DNA of 63,645 nucleotides, counting the filler, from Hausera hauseri (taxonomy: Eukaryota): NCBI GenBank assembly GCA_046269625.1. It is 11 parts of 11 records of this genome, joined end to end, with 100 filler letters (N's around TTAATTAATTAA, not from the genome) between each part and the next. Parts side by side here need not be neighbours in the genome. Positions count along the whole stretch, not along the records: positions 1 to 4,125 come from JBJURY010746543.1; positions 4,226 to 8,448 come from JBJURY010691882.1; positions 8,549 to 14,202 come from JBJURY010212855.1; 8 more parts are not named here. One strand, given 5' to 3'. Below are positions 1 through 9,800 of this stretch, piece by piece. Below the pieces are notes generated by a model. It worked only from the letters and a program-made list of their open reading frames with translations, was not told where the DNA came from and ran no database searches. Every line of letters starts with the position of its first letter. Within the stretch, counting starts at the first letter, position 1. The translations under genes were made by a program, and so were the position numbers.

Positions 1-215
1 GTATTTCCCCAATAATTTTTCGTAAGAAATGTAAACAAAATTGCCGCAATATTTGAAATTTTAAAACTCTTAAACCATTTTGAATCAGTGCAGACCGTCT
101 GCTTGTGTGTACCACTTTAGAATGTCAATTTTTCGTATTTTCACCTGTTAACCATGCATGTGTGTATCGTTTTGGCTTACCCACAACCCATCTATGAACC
201 ACATCTATTTTAGTC

Positions 216-610
216 GGTAGTGAGGAAATAAGCATTCGGCCTCACTACCCTCTCACCCCGGGGGAGGGGTAATCGATAAAATCGGTAATACATTTGTGTT
301 AATCGATAATTCACCCGGTGGTGAAGTATGAGTGAAATATGGATGACATATAGGCGATATCGGCAAAATATGAACAATGTATAGGAAATGTGGAGAAATA
401 TATGGGCAAATTATCAGTAATGTAGGCAATTTATAGGTCATATATAAATTATATGGGTAAATTATGAGTAAATTCATGTGATATTAGTAAAATATTGTCA
501 AAATACGGGGTGGTATATAAGTAATAATTACGTAATGTAGGCAATATGTAGGTAATATACGTAATATTGGTAAAATCTGGTGATATTTGGATACATGGGT
601 CATATTTTTC
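216..610. repeat. Non-autonomous element-like end: 10-bp hairpin followed by a degenerate ~11-12 bp tandem array
   Basis: GGTAGTGAGG (216-225) pairs with CCTCACTACC (240-249). From ~330 to 610 there are degenerate AATATRTRGGY-like units. The motif at 266-283 is the exact reverse complement of 38547-38564. Confidence 0.5.
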
Positions 611-1899
611 CAATTTTTGCATAGGAAATATGTAGACAACACATGATCCTCATGATTGAGAGAGGCATTAGAGGCGGAATATGCCATGCCATTCACTGGT
701 ATAGTGAGGCCAATAACAAGTATATGGTCAAATACGACCCAGCAAAGGCATTAAAGTCATAGACCAACTCAATGTTAATCCTGTTGTGGTTATTCTCCAT
801 CGTCTTGACAAAATCACTGTTATTATACCTCTTAAATTGATCTTTTCCGAAGACGTTTTTGGCATTAGCCCAATGAATCTTCTTGATGCGCAGTACACTT
901 CTGACCGCTCGCTGGAGATTTTTGCAGTGTGGCGGATGCTTGCTGTCAGGGAGGAAAGGCAACTGTTCATGCCTTATGTGGTATCGGTCTTTACAAAGGT
1001 TTCCGAATCTCCCTTAGTAAATTTAATTTCGTAAAGGAGCATTGTAATACCAAAATTTGTTGGGAGAGCTAGCTTATCTCCAAAAACAGCCATGCATCTC
1101 CGAATGTCACTACACAAAATCTTCAAGGGGGGTTTTCTTGTAACGACAATCATACCTGAATTCAACTCATTAAAACGAAAATAACTGAGTTTTAGCTGAA
1201 AAGAATGTATTGGCATAGCAAATGTACAGAATCACTTACGAAATAAAAACGGCAACGAAAGTTTCAATTACAAATTAATTTCTTTTACACACTGTCAATA
1301 TTGTGTGTAATATTATATTTGCTACATAGCTGGCGAAGGTCTGGCGACTCCAACGCAGAGGCATGGGAAAGTCACTTATTTACAAAGCTCAAAATACAAA
1401 AAAATTGGGATAAAATTGTAAATTGTACACAAACATTTTAAATAATCCTTTTCCTTTTTTTAAACGATATAGTATTTCTTTGTACAGCAAAAACATAATA
1501 TTTATATACAACGAATAATTAATATTCAAAATTGGATATTCATTTGTCACTTTATAGTCAAGAGCACTGTATGAACTCTTCAGGGTTGATAAACTGGCTT
1601 TATACCATTCATTTTCGGATGGGTTCTCAAGATTCATACTTTCTGGAATATCCTGGCTACCTGTCCACCGAAAAAAATTGAGTACGAATTGGTCGGTCAA
1701 TTTTGATTGGTAATCGACGAAACTTTTCGAAAAGGCAATCGGGACCGACAATGGGTCCGACACGGTGGAAAAGGACGCCCGATCGTGTCCAGCCAAAATC
1801 GGCCGAAGTTCACGGCCCATGGTGGGTACAACTATGGAGACAAAAGAAAGTAGAAAACAAACGCAAAAACGGAACACGGTGGTCTACCTGTGCGGTCTT

Positions 1900-4125
1900 T
1901 GCGTGAATAAGACGATGTAACCTATCAATATTTAGTTCCTTACTGTAAATACTAAATGTGACTGATTTGTGGTGCTTCGCCGCTGGTGTATTTGACTAAT
2001 TGAGTTGTTGAGGTAAAACTGTGTTGGCTTTTATTGTGTTAGGTGCTGTGTCGTGTAAAGATGAGCCAGGAAGGCGAGAAGTAGAAGAAAAAGAAGAAAA
2101 CGGCGAAACAGGAATAGGGGTGGCTGAAGTGAATTACAGGAGTTATCAAAGAATGTTTGAGAAGATAGTAAGTTGAAAAGTAGGGGAAAACTGTTGGAGG
2201 AGTAGAAGTGAAGGTTACAGCATGAGAAAAAGAGAAAGCAAAAGATGCAACAGAAGTAGAGATGGTTGGATGTGAGTGGTTGAAAATGTCTAGACGAGTT
2301 TCAGAAGGAAAGAAATTAGTTGGAGACGTATGGATGGATTGAGGAACAGAAGCTTAGTCTGAAGCAGAAATAGGAATGAAAGAAAAGAGTGAAATAGACG
2401 TAGAAATGGAGGTAGAAGTCGTTACAGTTGATAAAAGAGAGATAGGGTTCATAGGAGAAAGAAAGGCAGAAGTGGAAGGTGAAAGAGAAGCAGAGGCTAA
2501 AATAGGAACGGAGAGCGAGATAGGCAAAGGAGTAAGAAAATGAGTTGAAATCTCGATTGGGAAGTATCGTCCACAATGAAGGCTGGTTTATCGGTGTTGA
2601 TGTGAACAGTTAATTCTTTGCCATCTTTGAAGATTATCGCATTGTACGAGTGTAGCTGAACGAGTTTGTAGGGCCCCAAATATTGTGGTTGAAAACCGCA
2701 CGGCGTCTGGTTCTTTATCCAAACGAACTTAGCAAAGTACAGATGGTCGGGTAAGTACCATTTCTTATTATGTAATATTCTGCAAAATGCGTCTCTGCTG
2801 ACATCAACGAAATGATTCTGTGCTACCCCAATCTTTTCGTCTGTAGTTGTATTTTCCGGAGCTGTTAGCTCAAATAACGATCTGATAGGATTTCCAAACA
2901 AGGATTCCGTAGGATAGCATTCTGTGAAAGTAGACGGAGTGTCCCGCCAGCCAAGCACAACTAAGGGAAGAAGAGTTGTCAAACTACTCTTGGATTCAGC
3001 GAGTGTTTATAGCGACGTTTTCAGTGTTCTATGAAATCTCTCAAGAAGGCCATTCAATTGGGATGATACGGCATTGTGTGCATGTGACTGATTCTCAATC
3101 GGTTAACGAGCGACTTGAACAGGTTGGATTCGAACTGAGAACCTTGATCCGTGATGATGAATCTAGGAAAACCAAACCTGCTGATCCAGGTGCGGATGTA
3201 AATGTCGGATATTGTGTCCGTGGTAGTGCTCCGCAGGAGGCTTCTGGCCATTGCGAGAAAAGTTCCATCATGGTCAAGATGAATTTGTGGCCGTTGTCTG
3301 GAGGAAGATGGCCAACAAGGTTTATATGCACGTACTCGAAACGCGATGTGCAAGTGAAACGAAATAATTGTGGCTTCAAATGCTTGGTGGTTTTAAATTT
3401 CTGGTAAGCCACAGACTTCTTAACACAGGCTTGCACATCAATACGCATTGACGGCCAAACTGCCTGTCGGTGAAGTAAGAAGAAAGTGGCCTTAGCACTA
3501 GGATGGTGTAATTAATTAACGCTGTTAAATGCGTGTTTTTGCAAGGCAGGAGATAGAATTATTTCAGACTGTCCTGGTTTAGAGTACCTAATGTCACGCC
3601 GTCAATGAATTTGCAAGATCGAAAAAATTTGAGCATGTCTGAAGGTGGTTAGTTTTCTTGAAGTTGTTACTGTGTGAAAATAGGCTAAAAGTTAATCGAG
3701 CTTACTGAACTTGATAAAAAGTCAGGAACAAAGTTATTTACACCTTTAATATGTTTGATCTCGAAATTGAACGTCGACAAGTACGAGATCTGTCGTTCCT
3801 GCCAAGACGATACGTGTTTCATTGCCATTATATTGATTAAAGGCTTGCGGTCGGTTTGTATGGTAAAGTGGCGAGCACTAAGTAGGTGGGATAAATGTTC
3901 TAATGTGAGAACTATGGCCAATAGCTGTTGATTGAACGTTGAGTACGTAATTTCAGAAGGTATGAACTTACGTGAAAAATCTCCAAAGGCTGGTTTTTTC
4001 CTTTATGGATTTGATGAAGTTTGGCGCCTACGAAGGTGGTGGATGCGTATGTAGTGAGGATCAGCTGGGCATTAGGCACAGGGAAGGATAATATTTCAAC
4101 TGTTTTTAAACCTTCTTTTAGCTTG
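1900..4125 (-). mobile_element. Ty3/Gypsy (CsRn1-like family) pol 3' remnant: RNase H, integrase, Ser/Thr/Pro-rich tail; degenerate and cut by the linker
   Basis: RNase H LLAIVLTLEHLSHLLSARHFTIQTDRKPL; zinc-finger region H..HP...WPSMRIDV; rve core VHINLVGHLPPDNGHKFILTMM, ITDQGSQFES, MPYHPN..GLLERFHRTLK; YLGPYKLV; many frameshifts. Confidence 0.93.
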
Positions 4126-4225
4126 NNNNNNNNNNNNNNNNNNNNNNNNNNNNNNNNNNNNNNNNNNNNTTAATTAATTAANNNNNNNNNNNNNNNNNNN
4201 NNNNNNNNNNNNNNNNNNNNNNNNN
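4126..4225. other. Artificial contig linker (first of ten)
   Basis: 44 N + TTAATTAATTAA (stops in all six frames) + 44 N. Same linker at 8449-8548, 14203-14302, 23395-23494, 27743-27842, 32779-32878, 37163-37262, 48812-48911, 54342-54441 and 59319-59418. Confidence 0.98.
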
Positions 4226-4332
4226 TTCCTCAGAACTCGGATTGTCTGTAAAAGAAAGAAAAAATCTGTCTGATTCATGTTTTTGCAGCGCGATTAAATT
4301 TCAAACAGCCTCTGTGTGAACCGGTTCCCCAC

Positions 4333-4476
4333 CTGGTAGTCTGTGCTGAAGTGCCGGTCTTCCTGCACCACCTCCAGCTCCTTGCCTCCCCTCACCAAAA
4401 CCGTCCTGACTCCACGGCCGGCCAAGTGGGTGTGCAGCTGGGATGCAAAAATATAGATACCACCTGGGGGCAAAGC
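4333..4476 (-). CDS. dbh: Single 144-nt internal exon of vertebrate-type (probably teleost) dopamine beta-hydroxylase, including the CuM HTH motif
   Basis: Encodes ALPPGGIYIFASQLHTHLAGRGVRTVLVRGGKELEVVQEDRHFSTDYQ, recalled as closely matching human DBH ALPPSGIHIFASQLHTHLTGRKVVTVLVRDGREWEIVNQDNHYSPHFQ. Flanked by a pyrimidine-rich ..tgtgtctccag acceptor and a GT donor, phase 0/0. GC content is visibly higher than the rest of the window. Confidence 0.88.
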
Positions 4477-4653
4477 CTGGAGACACAAACAGGCAGACTG
4501 ATCAGGAGACTTCCCAAGGAGAGAGCTTCTGAATTCTATGGGGGGGAAGAAAAAAAAACCCACTGTTTCCACTGAACGAGAAACCTGGCCTTGCACCCAG
4601 ACCACTGAGCGCACCCCCTCCCCAAATAGAAGAATAATTATGTAAACTAAATT

Positions 4654-4680
4654 AAAAAAAAAAAAACACACACACACACA
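4654..4680. repeat. Poly(A) + (CA)n microsatellite
   Basis: A-run followed by CACACACACACACA. Confidence 0.9.
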
Positions 4681-5040
4681 TATGACAGCTAACAAGGAAT
4701 TAGATAAGAAGAAGAACACAAACAGGATAACAGAAAAATAAGAAAGGAATGTGGTAATTTCGTGTATCGAAACCCACGACGCCAAGGCCTTGTCACTGTA
4801 ACCAGCCAAGTAGTCTACTCTAACTATGCACCCAGCTTACAATTTTCGTGCAACGTTCTTAAATAAAACGACAGTTCAGGGAATGGGGCTGGCACCTTCT
4901 AAGTATGTTGGTCAGGGCAACTCTACCTTCACGAACTTGCAGTGAGGAATATATTTATGCCTCCCCCGTTCTCGATAAGCTCACCTGAGATGTTGTCTGT
5001 ACAAAAATATTACGGATAATATTATAAAACACGTAATATT

Positions 5041-5315
5041 AAAGGAACCGAACTCACGCCTTAAGACGTATAAGGGAACGTGGAGGTAGTGTCGACTTTT
5101 TTACTGACCAGCGGCACGTAATTGGGTTTTGTGGTCAGTAAAACGCCAGGCCGCCTTTACTTTCCCAGAGAATCTCTCCGGTACACATTTTTCTAGGTTG
5201 CGTGAACTCCTGGAGCCGTTTTTTGGTCGCAAAAATTCAACCCTCCACAGCTGGGATCGAACCCCCGATCACTGATTAAAAGCGGACCGCATTACCACTC
5301 AGTCATCGCGGTCCC
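5041..5315 (-). mobile_element. tRNA-derived SINE with a Nin-like conserved central domain
   Basis: Minus strand starts GGGACCGCGA-TGACTGAGTGGT (A box) ... GGTTCGATCCC (B box), then AAATGTGTACCGG...GTAAAGGCGGCCTGGCG...CTGACCAC...GTGCCG..TACCTCCAC...TATACGTCTTAAGGCGTG, resembling the invertebrate Nin-domain SINE core. Possible ACGTA target duplication (5031-5035 / 5316-5320). Confidence 0.75.
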
Positions 5316-5339
5316 ACGTACAAACCACGTAATAACTAC

Positions 5340-5985
5340 AGACAAAAGTCCAATGGTAAATAGATGTCTACAAATAATGTATTCAGAATTAGGATGTGTC
5401 AGCTACCAGGAATGCTGACATTTGTAAATTACAAGCGATCGCATAATACCACAATACATTCTACAGTACAAGTGGTAATCAAAAATGAAAAGACAGAAAG
5501 GACAACAGGACGGTGAAAAATGCCAGCAGATACACAAGGTGGCTCACAACATATTATGTTAAACCAGCTGCAGATATCAAAACATGACACAACCGACGAT
5601 TGCTACGAAACCACATACATAAAGTATACACTAACATTTAGCTAACTAGAAAAGTGGCATGTCATTGTAATTAATAAAGAGGACTCTGCGGTGTTATATT
5701 GTACCAATCCTTCTGTATGGTTGCGAGTCTTGGGCATGAAAATTCTTCCAGTCAACAGAGATATGGTTTCTCTGAATAGAATATCTGCAGAACTTGGTCA
5801 CTACAGGCAAAATATTACGACATAAAAGTAGTGGGCAACAAAGATTGAAGAGCCTTGATGGTTGGCACGAATGGCTCAGAAATAGGGCCTAGTCAACGGC
5901 AGAGATGACTGTGGGGCCAGGTATCGCGAGAGAATAGTCATATGACTGCCAACGCTGGACTGCTCGACACTTTATTACAATGATG
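5340..5985 (+). mobile_element. RTE-clade non-LTR retrotransposon 3' fragment, heavily degraded
   Basis: Reads KRTLRCYIVPILLYGCESW..STEIWFL..LQNLVTTGKI..GQQRLKSLDG..MTANAGLLDT, typical of the RTE ORF C-terminus. Confidence 0.7.
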
Positions 5986-6148
5986 AACAGTAAAACAGCC
6001 GTTACTGTTATCAGTAAGTATCGACTCCAACACATGTAGAGGTCTACTGCATCCAGAATGTTCCTGCTTTCACTGTTAAAACTGGCATGGCTATTAAAAT
6101 TAGTTGCCAAGCCAGTAGGCGAGTTACCTGCAGTTCAACGGATTTTTT

Positions 6149-8223
6149 ATGTCCAGCTTGATGCTGTCAATGGCTTGGCAAGAAATCTCCTTATTCGGAA
6201 CAAACACTCTCCAAATTTGCCTCAAGTTGCCCACTGACATCGTCATCATCAACCCTAAACGAAGGGTCATACCACCACAAGGAAATCAATCCGCCATAAA
6301 TCAATTAGCCTCAGAACAACTCTTCACATTCAAAGATTCTTCACAACTCGGACTTTCGCGAGGTATCTTGTCGTTGGGAAACGCCAAAATAAGTAGACCT
6401 AACTTTCAACAAGGATCAGCCACCGAAATACGAAGAAAGTCATTTACTTTCGATGACCTTCCACAGCAAAAAAGGTCAAAACTTCAAGATCAGTTAGTTG
6501 ACAATCTGAACGAATTGGAACAAGACAGAATAATCAACCGATCATGAGACGAACTGGCTAAGAAATTCATAAAAATCTATGAAACAGGACGCAGTTTGTT
6601 TCCTTCCAAATTCTATCATCGAATTCTAGAAATAGCAGAAAATTCTACCGACTTAATCTACCCAGAATGTTGGTACATCGATAATGGTCTCAAAACTATG
6701 ACCATAAACAATCGCTCATTACGAATTTTGACTATCTCCAGTCCGTTATACAATGTTAACCTCAACAAGATACTAAATCGAGATTCACCTTTCGGAAAGG
6801 TAATGATACATTTAGCACAAGGGAAGATCCAATTTCGAGCTGAAACAGATGTTTATGAAGCTTTAAACCTTCGAAGTACATTGATAAATTCCAGAACATC
6901 TATGAGAATCAAATCACCAGCATTTGCCACTCAAATCTATTTCAAAATCCTCCAACAACCAGTTGTGATCGCTTTCGAGGTATGTCAATATATGGACGAA
7001 CGACTGGGTTTGAAAACTCCAATATTTTATTAAAGAGCAGAAAATCCAACTTCAAGTAATTATCGGCTAACAACAGCCTTTAATTACCGATATCTATCCG
7101 TTTTGTTGCATACGCCTCCAATGGCGATATGCTACCAATTGAAGTGATAATATCCGATCATAACAAATTACAAATATATCAAGCTTATATAAACCCCCGC
7201 AAAAGGATCTCTAACACAAATGAGCATCACCATGGTTTATCCATGGAAATTATCCAACAATCCCAAGACGAGGAAGAAGTACGAACAGAAATAATCAAAT
7301 ACCTGTACGGTTACACAGTAATAAGTGCTAACACCAGCACAATTCTGAAAGCATTACGTATAACTTTAGAATTTGTCTACGAAATATTCGATATTCTCAC
7401 TGCGGAAAACACAAAAAATCGATTTAACGAAATGGAATTTAAAGTTAATTTAACTCAACTCCCTAAAGTCTACAATTTACGATATGAATTCCCAAAGTCA
7501 GCAGAACCTGTTATGCAAGCTATAATGCAGATACATGGTTATTTTGCTAATAATTGCACCAATGAGCAATGGAAATGGGACTGGCTCCCACCAGAAAACA
7601 ATTTGATTAATGACGATGGCTTTATGAAAGTACCAGTAAAGTACCATTCAGATTATCAATATGAGAAAATACGATCAATCCACGAATTACAACTAAACAC
7701 AACTGAATCCACTATCCAAGAATTGACAAGTAACACAAATACTTTGCTAAAAACGACAAAAAATGAAAAAATGATTCGAACAATAGAACTCTCAATACTA
7801 ATCTATGGACAAATGCATCAAATAATTAATGTTCAGTTCATACAAAAGCCTACAGTGGCTATAAATCAACATAATCAAATCCAGCCTAACCCCAGGCTTA
7901 AATCGGCAGTTGGAATAGTGTATAAACATTCCATGAATAATACACTCCATTTGGCGATGGTTGGGGCCCATCTCGAGTCTATTAGAAGTCTCGATCATAA
8001 ACCGGTATTGGTAAACCAACCAATACCGATGCAAATGAATCAAATGCATATCCCTAAACCCAGGGGTAACAAATCAATTAACCTCAGAGGAACTACAAAG
8101 AAAAAATTGAAGATGATACTTTATCAAAAGAATGATCAATTCACCTTAGAAAACCTATACAATATGGAGAAGATGACTCAAACGGAAGAAGTGACTAAAG
8201 ACAATCTAATGATTCAACTGTGA
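6149..8223 (+). pseudogene. Long intronless disrupted ORF with a DEDDh (REX4/ISG20-like) exonuclease-fold domain at ~7084-7530; probable retroelement accessory ORF
   Basis: ORFs 6149-6547 and 6596-7033 share a frame, and one frameshift near 7100 leads into 7129-8223. PIEVIISDHNKLQIYQAYINPRKRISNTNEHHHGLSMEII..EEVRTEIIKYLYGYTVISAN..LKAL fits the REX4-type pattern. No ExoI DxE is visible. Confidence 0.6.
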
Positions 8224-8548
8224 TATCCTATCTTGCTTGTACTTTTTATTGTATAACTCTTTTATTTTATTTTATACCTTTCTATTAACATTTTCATGAC
8301 TATTAAAAAACATTGACAATTCAATAGTGATTTGTTATTTTTCTGATTTCTTTTTCATGCATATTCTTTCATTTACTTTGTGTACCCTGTATTTCATTTA
8401 ATCTGTTACATTATTTAATCTTTGTGTATATATTTTTTTATTTTTCTANNNNNNNNNNNNNNNNNNNNNNNNNNNNNNNNNNNNNNNNNNNNTTAATTAA
8501 TTAANNNNNNNNNNNNNNNNNNNNNNNNNNNNNNNNNNNNNNNNNNNN

Positions 8549-9800
8549 TGGGCACTTTGCTCTTCTTTCAAAGTATGTGCCGTACTGCTTTCAACTATCC
8601 GCACCATTCACTCACCTCAGGGGCGGGAAAAAGCACCAGTCAGTATTGTGGACACCTAAACTAGTAGACAAATTCGACAAGCTAAAAGAAGGTTTAAAAA
8701 CAGTTTAAATATTATCATTCCCTGTGCCTAATGCCCAGCTGATCGTCACTATATACGCCTCCACCACCTTCGTAGGCGCCGAACTTCATCAAATCCATAA
8801 AGGAAAAAACCAGCCTTTGGAGATTTTTCACGTAAGTTCATACCTTCTGAAACTACGTACTCAACGTTCAATCGGCAGCTATTGGCCATAGTTCTCACAT
8901 TAGAACATTTATCCCACCTACTTACTGCTTGCCACTTTACCATACAAACCGACCACAAGCCTTTATCAATATAATGGCAATAAAACACCCATCATCTCGG
9001 CAGTAACAAGAGATCTCATACTTGTCGACGTTCAATTTCAAGATCAAACACATTAACGGTGTAAATAACTTAGTCGCCGACATTCTATCCCGTTGGATCA
9101 ATTAACTTTAAACCTATTTTCACACAAAACCAGCTGCAGAATAGTACATAACAATAAAACGTACCTACCCGAGGATTTATATTATGCAAAGTTCGTCTGG
9201 TTGCAAATCTAGATGCCGTGAGGTTTTCCACCACGGTATTTGGGGCCCTACAAACTCATTCAATTGCACTATCACAATGATATTATTTCTAAAGACGGTA
9301 AAGAACTAGCGGTGCATATCAACAAGGTAAAGCCTGCCTTTTTCATAGATGATACCCAAATTGAATCTTCTCTCCCCTTTCTGACTTCTCCACTTTGTCC
9401 TTTTTCATTTCCTCCACCAACTGCACCCCTTTCCATGACGACCCCTATTTCTACTCCTTTATCAGAACCTACTCCAAACTCCACTTCTAATAACTTAACA
9501 ACCTCTACTTCCTCTTCTCCTACATCTCCTCCTCCAACTCCTTCTCCCTCCTTGTACGACACAACACCTTACACGACTAAGTCCGACATTCTTGTACCTC
9601 AATCACCTCAGCAAGCAGGTTCAAAGACATTGAAAATTCGCAAATCAGTCACATTTAGTACCTACAGTAAGGAGATTATCAATGCAGGGATACAACGTCT
9701 TATTCATACAAAGACCACTCAGACACACTACACCATTTCTACACATTTTCTACTTTCTTACCTCTCTAATCGTTGCATTGCCACGGGGGTGACGTTGTGC
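8549..9800 (+). mobile_element. Ty3/Gypsy CsRn1-like remnant: RT end and RNase H, integrase core deleted, integrase C-terminus and S/T/P tail retained
   Basis: 8680-9125 is nearly identical to the reverse complement of 3680-4125. It then jumps to YYAKFVWLQ..YLGPYKLIQLH..KELAVHINKVKPAF. Confidence 0.9.

Noticed and set aside
640-1700. Minus-strand host exons (44-nt GT-AG intron at 1238-1195)
   Set aside because: Probably a decayed gene piece, but no family could be recognised, so no product was called.
4170-4181. Recurrent TTAATTAATTAA as a biological motif
   Set aside because: Always centred in N runs; an assembly linker.
5245-5315. tRNA gene
   Set aside because: A and B boxes are present but there is no convincing acceptor stem, and the sequence continues into a SINE body.
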